32,000 nt of DNA from Delftia acidovorans NBRC 14950. GTDB lineage: Bacteria > Pseudomonadota > Gammaproteobacteria > Burkholderiales > Burkholderiaceae_C. Location: the NCBI RefSeq assembly GCF_001598795.1, contig NZ_BCZP01000007.1:30001-62000 (forward strand), in the 5' to 3' direction. Under the pieces are notes generated by a model. That model saw only the letters and a list, made by a program, of their open reading frames with translations. It ran no database searches and was not told the origin of the DNA. Position 1 is the stretch's first letter. Every line of letters begins with the position of its first letter. A program made the translations under genes and the position numbers. Shown piece by piece: positions 15,532-23,934 of this stretch.

Positions 15532-16506
15532 ATGCTGATCAACTGCGTCGCCTACGAAAACGGGGCCAAGCTGGCGGACATTCCCGTCGCCGACATCAGC
15601 AACTACATAGAGCGCCCCGGCTGCTTCGTCTGGGTGGCGCTGGCGGACGCCACGCCGGCCGAGCTGGAGGAGATGCGCCAGGAGTTCGGCCTGCACGCCC
15701 TGGCCGTGGAGGATGCGCTGCACGGCCACCAGCGGCCCAAGCTGGAGGAGTACGGCAGCTCGCTGTTTGCCGTGATGCACCTGCTGGAGCCCGAGCCCGA
15801 GCGGCCCGGGCACTTCAACCACGGCGAGGTCGATGTCTTCGTGGGCTCCAACTACGTGCTGTCGGTGCGCAACCGCAGCAAGCGCGGTTTCCTGGGCGTG
15901 CGCGAGCGCTGCGAGAGCGAGCCCGAGCTGCTGCGCCACGGCTCGGGCTTTGTGCTGTATGCGCTGATGGATGCGGTGGTGGACCGCTACTTTCCCATCA
16001 TCGACGCGCTGGAGGTGGAGCTGGAGCAGATCGAGCAGCAGATCTTCACCAAGGGCGCGGCGCGCGACAACATCAAGCAGCTGTATGAACTCAAGGGCCG
16101 CGCCATGGACCTCAAGCACGCCGTGGCCCCCCTGCTGGAAGCCGTGGGCAAGCTCAACGGCGGGCGCGTCCCCCAGATCTGCGTGGGCTCCAGGGACTAC
16201 TTCCGCGACGTGATGGATCACCTGGGCCGCATCAACGCCCAGATCGACACCATGCGCGACACCGTGGGCACGGCCATCCAGGTGAACCTGTCCATGGTGT
16301 CCATCGAGGAAAACGAAGTCACCAAGCGGCTGGCAGCCTGGGCCAGTATCTTCGCCATCTGCACGGCCTTCTTCGGCGTCTGGGGCATGAACTTCGAGAA
16401 CATGCCCGAACTGAAGTGGCAATACGGCTATCCGGCCGCACTGCTGTTCGTGCTGGGTGTTTGCGGCCTGCTCTACTACAAGTTCCGCAAGGCGGGGTGG
16501 CTGTAG
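15532..16506 (+). CDS. corA: CorA-family magnesium/cobalt transporter
   Basis: GMN motif (FFGVWGMNFENMPE) followed by the terminal TM helix. CorA-type N-terminal domain (HALAVEDALHGHQRPKLEEY). ATG verified at 15532. Confidence 0.9.
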   Translation: MLINCVAYENGAKLADIPVADISNYIERPGCFVWVALADATPAELEEMRQEFGLHALAVEDALHGHQRPKLEEYGSSLFAVMHLLEPEPERPGHFNHGEVDVFVGSNYVLSVRNRSKRGFLGVRERCESEPELLRHGSGFVLYALMDAVVDRYFPIIDALEVELEQIEQQIFTKGAARDNIKQLYELKGRAMDLKHAVAPLLEAVGKLNGGRVPQICVGSRDYFRDVMDHLGRINAQIDTMRDTVGTAIQVNLSMVSIEENEVTKRLAAWASIFAICTAFFGVWGMNFENMPELKWQYGYPAALLFVLGVCGLLYYKFRKAGWL

Positions 16507-16620
16507 GCGGCGGGAAGGCGAACGGTGCCAGGGTATTCCCCCAGCCGCACCGTCACAGCCGCGTCACACATCCACGCCACCATCCCAGGCGCCAACTCCT
16601 GGACGCCCGGATTCCCCACC

Positions 16621-17541
16621 ATGTACGACGAACTTCTGCCCGACCACCATGATTCGCTGATGCAGCGCATCGAACGCGATCTGCTCGACAGCTACGACGA
16701 AGAACTGGAGATGGAGATAGACGACGCCCGACTGGGCAGCGGTGGCGACGATCTGGACAGTGCCGACACCGTGAGCCGCCAGACCTACTTTCGCGAACTG
16801 CTGCGCCTGCAGGGCGAGCTGGTCAAGCTGCAGGACTGGGTGCAGCACCACAGGAAAAAGGTGGTCATCCTCTTCGAGGGCCGCGATGCGGCCGGCAAGG
16901 GCGGCGTGATCAAGCGCATCACCCAGCGCCTGAACCCGCGCGTGTGCCGCGTGGCCGCCCTGCCCGCGCCCAATGACCGCGAGCGCACGCAATGGTATTT
17001 CCAGCGCTATGTCTCCCACCTGCCCGCGGGCGGCGAGATCGTTCTCTTTGACCGCAGCTGGTACAACCGCGCGGGCGTGGAGCGCGTGATGGGCTTTTGC
17101 TCCGACGAGGAGTACGAGGAGTTCTTCCGCTCCGTGCCCGAGTTCGAGAAGATGCTGGTGCGCTCGGGCATCACGCTGGTGAAGTACTGGTTCTCCATCA
17201 CCGACGACGAGCAGCACCTGCGCTTTCTGGGCCGCGTGCACGACCCGCTCAAGCAGTGGAAGCTCAGTCCCATGGACTTCGAGAGCCGCCGCCGCTGGGA
17301 AGACTACACCAAGGCCAAGGAAGCCATGCTGGAGCGCACCCACATCGCCGAGGCGCCCTGGTGGCTGGTGCAGGCCGTGGACAAGAAGAAGGCGCGGCTC
17401 AACTGCATCTCCCACCTGCTGACGCAGCTGCCCTATGAAGAGATAGAGCACCCGGCCATCGTGCTGCCAGAGCGCACGCGCAATCCCGAATACACACGCA
17501 ACCCCGTTCCCCAGCACATGTACGTTCCGGACAAGTACTGA
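16621..17541 (+). CDS. ppk2: Polyphosphate kinase 2 (single-domain PPK2)
   Basis: PPK2 Walker A region (VILFEGRDAAGKGGVIKRI) and lid region (FDRSWYNRAGVERVMGF). ATG at 16621 is preferred over the upstream alternative start at 16525. Confidence 0.85.
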   Translation: MYDELLPDHHDSLMQRIERDLLDSYDEELEMEIDDARLGSGGDDLDSADTVSRQTYFRELLRLQGELVKLQDWVQHHRKKVVILFEGRDAAGKGGVIKRITQRLNPRVCRVAALPAPNDRERTQWYFQRYVSHLPAGGEIVLFDRSWYNRAGVERVMGFCSDEEYEEFFRSVPEFEKMLVRSGITLVKYWFSITDDEQHLRFLGRVHDPLKQWKLSPMDFESRRRWEDYTKAKEAMLERTHIAEAPWWLVQAVDKKKARLNCISHLLTQLPYEEIEHPAIVLPERTRNPEYTRNPVPQHMYVPDKY

Positions 17542-17550
17542 CACCCCCTG

Positions 17551-17598
17551 AGGCGCTTCGCGCCTTCCCCCTCTCTACCCGCTTTGCGGGGGAGGGGG
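17551..17598. terminator. Two GC-rich hairpins between the convergent ppk2 and giant helicase genes (possible bidirectional terminator or REP-like element)
   Basis: Hairpin 1: AGGCGC-ttc-GCGCCT (17551-17565). Hairpin 2: CCCCCTC tcta CCCGC ttt GCGGG g GAGGGGG (17567-17598). No clear U-tracts. Confidence 0.35.
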
Positions 17599-17679
17599 AC
17601 GACACCCTCGGTGCGGGGGCGGCCCTTCCTTGGTGTCTCTGGCTTCAGCAAGTGCCCATTTCATGCGCACGGCCGACTT

Positions 17680-20600
17680 TCAGACCTTATGCGCCTCGCC
17701 GTCCTCCACGGATGCCTCGGACGCCTCAGGCGTCTCTGGCGCTGGCGCTGGCTCTGCCCCGGCGACTGCAGCCGCCTGCGGCACCTCGGCAACCTCGACA
17801 ACCTCGGCCGCACGCTTGCGCCGGTCCTGCTCCAGCAGCGCGGTCAGCGCCGCGTGGATGCGCTCCAGCGTGCCGCCCGGGTTGACCCACCAGTCCGTGG
17901 ACCAGATGCGCAGAATCTGCCAGCCCAGGCCGCGCAGCACCTGCTCGCGCAGCTTGTCGCGGTCGCGCGCCGTGGCCGAGCGGTGGTAGGTGGCGCCGTC
18001 GCACTCCACGCCCGCCAGGTAGCTGCCCGCATGGTCCGGGTGCACCACGCCCAGGTCCACGCGGAACGAGGATGCGCCGATCTGCGTGTGCACGCGCCAG
18101 CCCTTGCGCTCCAGCGCCTGGGCCACGCTGGCCTCGAACGGGCTGTCGAAATCGCCCTGGCTGCCATGGTGCGACTCGGCCAGCGCGCGCGGGCCGCGCT
18201 CGGCAAATTCCAGGAAGTGCTTGAGGTCGCGCACGCCCGCCGCCTGGGTGCGCGACAGGTCCATCTGCTCGCCGCGCAGGCTGGAGAAGATGCGAAGCTC
18301 CTGCCGCGCGCGCGTCACCGCCACGTTCAGCCGCCGCTCGCCGCCATCGCGGTTGAGCGGGCCGAAGTTCATGGACACCGCGCCCGAGATATCGGGCCCG
18401 TAGGTGATGGAAAAATACATGATGTCCCGCTCGTCGCCCTGCACGCTTTCCAGGTTCTTGACGAAGACGGGCTCCAGCAGCGCATCGGAGAAAAACGGCT
18501 CCAGCCCCGGGTCCTTGCGGCGCTCCTCGTCCAGCAAATCCTCGATCAGGCTTTGCTGCTCGGAGTTGAAGGTGACCACGCCGATGGTGGCACCCGACTG
18601 CGCAAACCCCGGCGACTTCAGACGCGCCACCAGGTCGGCCACCAGGGCCTTGGCCTCGGGCTGGTTGATGCGGGCGCCACCTTTTTCATAGCGGCCCTGC
18701 ACGGCGTGGAAGCTGACGGCGCGGTCGTCGGTGACGGGCGAGGGAAAGGTCACCAGCCCGCCGCCGTAGTAGCGGTGGTTGCTGAAGGCGATCAGGCTTT
18801 CATGGCGCGAGCGGTAGTGCCACGACAGGTTGCGCGTGGGCAGGCTGGCGCCCAGGCATTCGTCCAGGATGCTTTCCATGTCGCCTTCCACGCCCTGCGT
18901 GTCGTCGTCGAAGGTGTCGGAGGTGTCGGCGCGGCCGAAGAAGCTGGTGGGCGGCAGCTGCTTGGGGTCGCCCACCATGACCACCTGCCTGGCACGCGCC
19001 ATGGCGCCGATGGCGTCCCAGACGGGGATCTGCGAGGCCTCGTCGAAGATGACGATGTCGAAGTTGCTGGTCTCGGCGCTCAGGTACTGGGCAATGGACA
19101 GCGGGCTCATCAGCAGGCAGGGCGTCAGGCGCAGCACGGCCGAGGGGATCTGCTCCAGCAGCTGGCGCAGCGGCAGGTGCTGGCGCTTCTTGGTGATTTC
19201 GCGCCGCAGGATGCCCCACTCGCTGTTGCGCTGGATGCTGTCGGCCGACGGCAGGCCCGCGCACAGCCGCGCACGTATCCACTGGCGCGTGACCGAGGTG
19301 AATTCATCGTCCAGCGCGCGGAAGTCGGCAATGCGCCGCTCATGCTCGGCAGAGACGAAGCGCTTGAGCACCTCGTCCTCGTCCACGGCCAGCGCCAGCC
19401 ACCAGCGCGCGTAGTTGACCTCGAAGGCCTTGGGTGCCTGAGCCGGTTCCAGGCTGCCGGACTCGATGGCGTCGGCCAGCGCACCCAGCCCGCCCGCGCG
19501 GGCCGCGGCCTGGGCATTGCGCCAGGCGCACCAGGCATGCAGGCCGCCCTGCCCGGCCAGCACGCCGCCCGCCGTGGCCGCCAGCTGCTCGGCCGTGCGC
19601 TGGGCCAGGGCACGCTGCTGCGGCTCGCCATGGGCTGCCGCAGCGCTGAAGGGGTCTATGGCCGCGTGCAGGCCGGCCAGGCTGTCCAGCAACTGCTGGC
19701 AGGCCATGCCGACCGCGGCGCCCTCGCCCAGCTCGGCGCTGCGCAAGGCCAGCACCTGGTGCAGGGCCTGGCGTGCCTGGGCCAGTTCGGCCTCCTGCCA
19801 GCCCAGCCCGGTCAGCCCTGCCTGCAGCGATCCCTGCAGGCGCAGCGCATGCTCCACGGCTTGCGGGCGCGTGTCCAGGCCGTCCCAGACGCCGGGGCAG
19901 CGCAAGCGCAGATCGTCCAGCGCCAGCAGCTGTTCCTCGATGGCGCTGCGGGCCGCCAGCTGCGCATGGGCCTGCTGCAGTGTCGCGCCACAGCGGCCCT
20001 GGGCCACGGCGGCGTGCGATGCCATCAGGCCGCCGCGCCGCGTCAGTTGCAGGCGCTCGCGCTCGAAGGCCAGCGCGTCCTGCAAGGCCTGGGCATCGGT
20101 TTCCAGGCCGCGCCACAGGCCGTGGCTGGCATCGGCCAGCGGCAGGTAGCCATCGAGCTGGCGGTCGATCTGGTACAGGGCCTGCAGGCGCTGCACTTCG
20201 GCAGCCCAGCGCTCGCCGCCATGGCCTTCGGCCACGGCCTCCAGGCCGTCGAGCGAGAAGGATTTCTGCGCGCGCGCGGCCAGCAGGGCCGAATTGGCCT
20301 TCAGGGCGCTGCGCGCATGGTCGGTGCGCGTGCGGTGTCCGGCCCACAGGCCGTCGGCTGCGGCGCCGGGCTGGATCTGGTCCAGTTCCTCGCGCAGGCC
20401 CCGGATGCGCACCAGGGCGGCCAGGTCATCGGCCACGCGCGGCTCGCCCGCGCCTTCGATGGTGGCCTCCAGCGCCGCGCGCACCTTGCGCCGGCCCAGC
20501 CAGGACAGCGGCCACAAGGACTTGCCGGCCCTGGCCCATTCGCGCTGCAGCTGCGAGACATTGAGCTGGCCCACGCCCGCGCCGTACTTGACGGACAGGC

Positions 20601-23600
20601 CCTGGCGCAGCGCCGCGATCTCGTCGATGCACTGCAGGCCGCGCTCCAGCTCGTCGCCCAGGGCCACGGGCCAGGGCGTGCCCAGCCCGGCCTGCAGGCG
20701 CCGGCGCTGCGCCAGCAGGTCCAGCGCCTGGGCCAGGCGCGTCTGCAGCTCGGCCGGCCAGGGCGCCGGAATCTGTGCGGACAGATCACCGTGCTGCGCC
20801 AGCAGCTGCAGGCCCGATTGCAGGGATTCTCCAATGCGCGCGCCGTCAGGCAGCACGCAGAAAGCCAGGTTGCGGCCTGCGGCCGCAGGCAGCGCGCGCG
20901 CGATCACGCCCAGCGCCGAGCGCGCCTGGCGTCCCAGCGCCGGCCACTCGATGCGCAGCAGCCGGCCCAGCTGCTGCGCCGCCTCGGCAAAGCCCTGGCC
21001 TGCATCGTGCAGCGCCTGGGCGGCATCCACCATCTGCTGCTGCCAGCGTACGGACCAGTCGCTGGCCTGCACCGTGGCCAGCGGCCCGTCCTCCAGATGC
21101 TGCGCGCCCACGGCCTGGGCATTGGCCTGCAGGCGGCCCGCAGTCTCGCGCAAAAGGGCCAGGCCCGCTTCGTCATGGGCCTGGGGCGTGGGCCAGTGAA
21201 ATCCCAGGCGCGGCAGCGCCTCGCCACCGGCCACGGCGCCAATGGCGCGGTAGATGGTCCAGCCGTTGGCGTGGCGCCGGTGCAGACGCTCCACATAGGC
21301 CGACAGCTGCTCGCGCAGGCGGCCAAGCTGGCTGGCCTTGGCGGCCCAGGCCTCGGCATCCACCTGGCCATGCGAGTCCCAGGATTTCTGCAACTGGCCC
21401 AGCACGTCGAGCTTGCGGCTCTTGTTGGAGTGCAGCTCCAGGCAGAACTCGCCCAGGCCCACTTCGCGCAGGCGGCGGTAGACCACGTCCAGCGCGGCGA
21501 TTTTCTCGGCCACGAAGAGCACGCGCTTGTCCTCGGCCAGGCACTGCGCGATCAGGTTGGCAATGGTCTGGCTCTTGCCCGTGCCCGGCGGGCCGATGAG
21601 CACGAAGTCCTTGCCGCGCGCAGCGGCCATCACGGCCGACAGCTGCGATGAATCGGCCGGCAGCGGGCTGAAGACCTGCTGCGGCGCGAACTCCTGGTCC
21701 AGCCGCCGCGTGTCGGGAAAGGCGATCTCCGAGCGATAGGGCTCGCGCGGCGTGTCGATCAGGTGGGCGACCACGGGCGAGCTGCGCAGTTGGTCGGCGC
21801 GCTCGGCCAGGTCCTTCCACATCAGGTACTTGGCGAAGGAGAACATGGACAGCACCACGTCCTCGCTGACCTCCCAGCCGCGCACGTCCTTGATCGCCTC
21901 GCGCACGCGGGCCCAGATGCCGGCGATGTCCAGCCCGGCCTCGTCGCGCGGCAGGTCGCCTGCGGGCACGCCCAGCTCCAGCTGGAAGTCCTGGCGCAGC
22001 ATCTCGACCAGCGTGGGATTGAAGCGCGGCTCGTCCTCATGCGCCTGCAGCGTGAAGCCTGAGCGCGCGCTCTTGCGCTCCAGCGTGACGGGCAGCAGGA
22101 TCAGCGGCGCGCGCACGCGCACATCGGGCTTGTCGGGCCGGCTCCAGACCAGAAAGCCCAGGGCCACGAACAAGGTGTTGGCGCCGCCTTCCTGCAGCGC
22201 GTTGCGCGCGCCGCGGAACAGCTCCACAAAGCGGCTGTCCAGCTCCAGCGGCTCCAGGTCGATGAAGACCTCGCGCCGCTGCAGCGCCTCGTCGGCGTGC
22301 GCGCCGCGCAGGTCTTCCAGGCTGCGCGCCTCGTGCAATGGCTGGCTGCGCGGGTCCTTGCCCTGCATGAGCTCGGGGCTGGGCAGCAGCTTGAGCACCT
22401 GGCCCCGGGCCAGCGTGTCCTCCAGCGCGGGCGCGGCCACCTGCAGCAGCAGCGATTTCTTGCCGGGCTTGAAGTTGAGCAGGGCATTGCGCAGCGACAG
22501 GTCCAGCAGCCGGCGCTGCCAGCGCGCCAGCCTGTCCTTGGGATCGAGCTGGGAGGTGGGCACTTCGCGTGTCTGCGCCTGTGCCAGGAGTTCGGGCGGC
22601 GGCTCCACGGTGAGCCGTGGCTCGGCCTGGCCTTCGCCGGCCTCGGGCGCGGCGTCCTGCGGCTGGGCCAGGGCCAGCGCCAGCGGGCGGATGCGTTGCA
22701 TGCGCGCGCGCCGCACGTCCACCAGCAGCTCGAACTGGTCCTCATGCTCTTCGGCCAGCTGGCGCGCGCCCTGGGCAATGGCCTGGCTGAAGGCCACGGC
22801 CTGGCCTTGCGCGGCCAGCGTGGTCTCGAAGACCACCAGCTCCTGCAGCTTGAGCCGCTTGCGCACGGCCGTGATGTCATCGACCACGGCGGTCGAGAAT
22901 TCCTGCCTGCCTAGCCACAGGCCCACGAAGGCATGGCCGCGCGTGAAGACCAGCAGCGGGTTCAGGTGCGCCTGCTCCAGGCAGGAGGCGAACAGCAGCG
23001 TCAGGTCCAGGCAGGTGGCCAGGCCCGCATCCAGCACCTGGGACGCGCCGCGTATCTTCTGGCCCGCATGCTCGAAGCTGGCCGGCGGCAGCGCGTAGTT
23101 GAGTTTCTTCTGGAGCACGGAAGTCCAGATGGCCGAGGCCAGTTCCCAGGCCCGCTGCGGCCCCTGTTCATAGCCGTTGATGGCGCCGGACTTGCCCGCC
23201 GACTCCAGCGCCTGCGCCGCGCCCTTGAGGATGCGGTCCACGGCCGGGTCGTTGGGTTGCACGAAGGCCGCCACCATCTCGGGCAAATGCCCCAGGCCGC
23301 CCCACTGGTTGCGTGCCAGCAGTTCCAGCGGGTGTTCGTGCCGGGCCAGCACCGTCTCTGCCGGCTGGCCGCTGCGCAGCTCCAGCCGCAGCACGGCGGG
23401 CTCGGCCTCGGTCAGGCGCGAGAGCAAGGCGCCGTCCAGCGCCACATCCAGGTCGGTCAGCGCATAGGTGCTGTGCGCGGCCACCGACTCCAGGCGCCAG
23501 GTACGCGGCTTGATGAAGGCAGGCTCGGAGGCCAGGTGCAGGCTCAGCGCCTGCAGCGGCAGCTCGCCCTCGTTGACGATGGCCAGCTCCAGCAGCGCGG

Positions 23601-23733
23601 GCACGGCGTTCTGGAAGTCGGCGAGATTGAGCTTGGCGACGGTGCCGATGCGCAGCTGCGGGGCCGTCTGCGGCGCCTGGGCGGCGGCGGGGGCGGCATC
23701 TGCGGGGGAATCTCGGCGGGGGTCTTCTGTCAT
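17680..23733 (-). CDS. Giant (2,017 aa) multidomain protein: transglutaminase/papain-like domain + DUF4011-like region + Upf1-like SF1 helicase (AAA_11/AAA_12 type, with a ~840-aa insertion) + DUF559/Vsr-like restriction-endonuclease-fold domain (DUF3320-type C-terminus)
   Basis: ATG verified at 23731-23733 and TGA at 17680-17682. TGase-like core GLATC(241)LDLTLLFASCLEQAHL...RGH(267)AFVGLWL...VVD(285)D. RLLDLSLRNALLNF region. Walker A GPPGTGKS (nt 21571-21594, aa 714-721). Walker B IVIFDEASQ (nt 19030-19056, aa 1560-1568). Further helicase motifs VMVGDPKQLPP, WHYRSRHESLIAFSN, VVTFNSEQ, VQGDERDIMYFS and RRLNVAVTRAR. Nuclease-fold core FRVD(1893)L...GVE(1910)CD(1912)GATYH...LRGLGWQILRIWSTDWW (nt 17884-18102). 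Confidence 0.9.
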   Translation of the reverse strand: MTEDPRRDSPADAAPAAAQAPQTAPQLRIGTVAKLNLADFQNAVPALLELAIVNEGELPLQALSLHLASEPAFIKPRTWRLESVAAHSTYALTDLDVALDGALLSRLTEAEPAVLRLELRSGQPAETVLARHEHPLELLARNQWGGLGHLPEMVAAFVQPNDPAVDRILKGAAQALESAGKSGAINGYEQGPQRAWELASAIWTSVLQKKLNYALPPASFEHAGQKIRGASQVLDAGLATCLDLTLLFASCLEQAHLNPLLVFTRGHAFVGLWLGRQEFSTAVVDDITAVRKRLKLQELVVFETTLAAQGQAVAFSQAIAQGARQLAEEHEDQFELLVDVRRARMQRIRPLALALAQPQDAAPEAGEGQAEPRLTVEPPPELLAQAQTREVPTSQLDPKDRLARWQRRLLDLSLRNALLNFKPGKKSLLLQVAAPALEDTLARGQVLKLLPSPELMQGKDPRSQPLHEARSLEDLRGAHADEALQRREVFIDLEPLELDSRFVELFRGARNALQEGGANTLFVALGFLVWSRPDKPDVRVRAPLILLPVTLERKSARSGFTLQAHEDEPRFNPTLVEMLRQDFQLELGVPAGDLPRDEAGLDIAGIWARVREAIKDVRGWEVSEDVVLSMFSFAKYLMWKDLAERADQLRSSPVVAHLIDTPREPYRSEIAFPDTRRLDQEFAPQQVFSPLPADSSQLSAVMAAARGKDFVLIGPPGTGKSQTIANLIAQCLAEDKRVLFVAEKIAALDVVYRRLREVGLGEFCLELHSNKSRKLDVLGQLQKSWDSHGQVDAEAWAAKASQLGRLREQLSAYVERLHRRHANGWTIYRAIGAVAGGEALPRLGFHWPTPQAHDEAGLALLRETAGRLQANAQAVGAQHLEDGPLATVQASDWSVRWQQQMVDAAQALHDAGQGFAEAAQQLGRLLRIEWPALGRQARSALGVIARALPAAAGRNLAFCVLPDGARIGESLQSGLQLLAQHGDLSAQIPAPWPAELQTRLAQALDLLAQRRRLQAGLGTPWPVALGDELERGLQCIDEIAALRQGLSVKYGAGVGQLNVSQLQREWARAGKSLWPLSWLGRRKVRAALEATIEGAGEPRVADDLAALVRIRGLREELDQIQPGAAADGLWAGHRTRTDHARSALKANSALLAARAQKSFSLDGLEAVAEGHGGERWAAEVQRLQALYQIDRQLDGYLPLADASHGLWRGLETDAQALQDALAFERERLQLTRRGGLMASHAAVAQGRCGATLQQAHAQLAARSAIEEQLLALDDLRLRCPGVWDGLDTRPQAVEHALRLQGSLQAGLTGLGWQEAELAQARQALHQVLALRSAELGEGAAVGMACQQLLDSLAGLHAAIDPFSAAAAHGEPQQRALAQRTAEQLAATAGGVLAGQGGLHAWCAWRNAQAAARAGGLGALADAIESGSLEPAQAPKAFEVNYARWWLALAVDEDEVLKRFVSAEHERRIADFRALDDEFTSVTRQWIRARLCAGLPSADSIQRNSEWGILRREITKKRQHLPLRQLLEQIPSAVLRLTPCLLMSPLSIAQYLSAETSNFDIVIFDEASQIPVWDAIGAMARARQVVMVGDPKQLPPTSFFGRADTSDTFDDDTQGVEGDMESILDECLGASLPTRNLSWHYRSRHESLIAFSNHRYYGGGLVTFPSPVTDDRAVSFHAVQGRYEKGGARINQPEAKALVADLVARLKSPGFAQSGATIGVVTFNSEQQSLIEDLLDEERRKDPGLEPFFSDALLEPVFVKNLESVQGDERDIMYFSITYGPDISGAVSMNFGPLNRDGGERRLNVAVTRARQELRIFSSLRGEQMDLSRTQAAGVRDLKHFLEFAERGPRALAESHHGSQGDFDSPFEASVAQALERKGWRVHTQIGASSFRVDLGVVHPDHAGSYLAGVECDGATYHRSATARDRDKLREQVLRGLGWQILRIWSTDWWVNPGGTLERIHAALTALLEQDRRKRAAEVVEVAEVPQAAAVAGAEPAPAPETPEASEASVEDGEAHKV

Positions 23734-23934
23734 GCGCGGTAGTCCTTGGCTGGCCAGCAGGCGGCGGGAATTGTCGAAATCCCGTCATATTCCTGGCCCG
23801 ACGATTGTCCGCTGCGAATGGGGCGCCGTGTCCGAGATGGGCGGTTTTCAGGGGTCACTGTTTGCAAAAAATGAGAGCACGGATGAAGGCGCCGGCCACC
23901 GGCGCGCCCGGCTCCAGTACGATGCCGGCCAGCC

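Noticed and set aside
15403-17544. Antisense ORFs 15403-16422 (-) and 16564-17544 (-), opposite corA and ppk2
   Set aside because: CorA (GMN motif) and PPK2 motifs on the + strand are unambiguous. The antisense products lack motifs.
17584-21651. 1,355-aa ORF on the + strand, antisense to the giant helicase gene
   Set aside because: It lies entirely opposite a gene with unmistakable helicase motifs. The translation is Arg/Ala/Gly/Gln/His/Leu-rich with no recognisable motifs. Long stop-free antisense frames are expected in very high-GC coding DNA, because TTA, CTA and TCA codons are rare in the sense strand.
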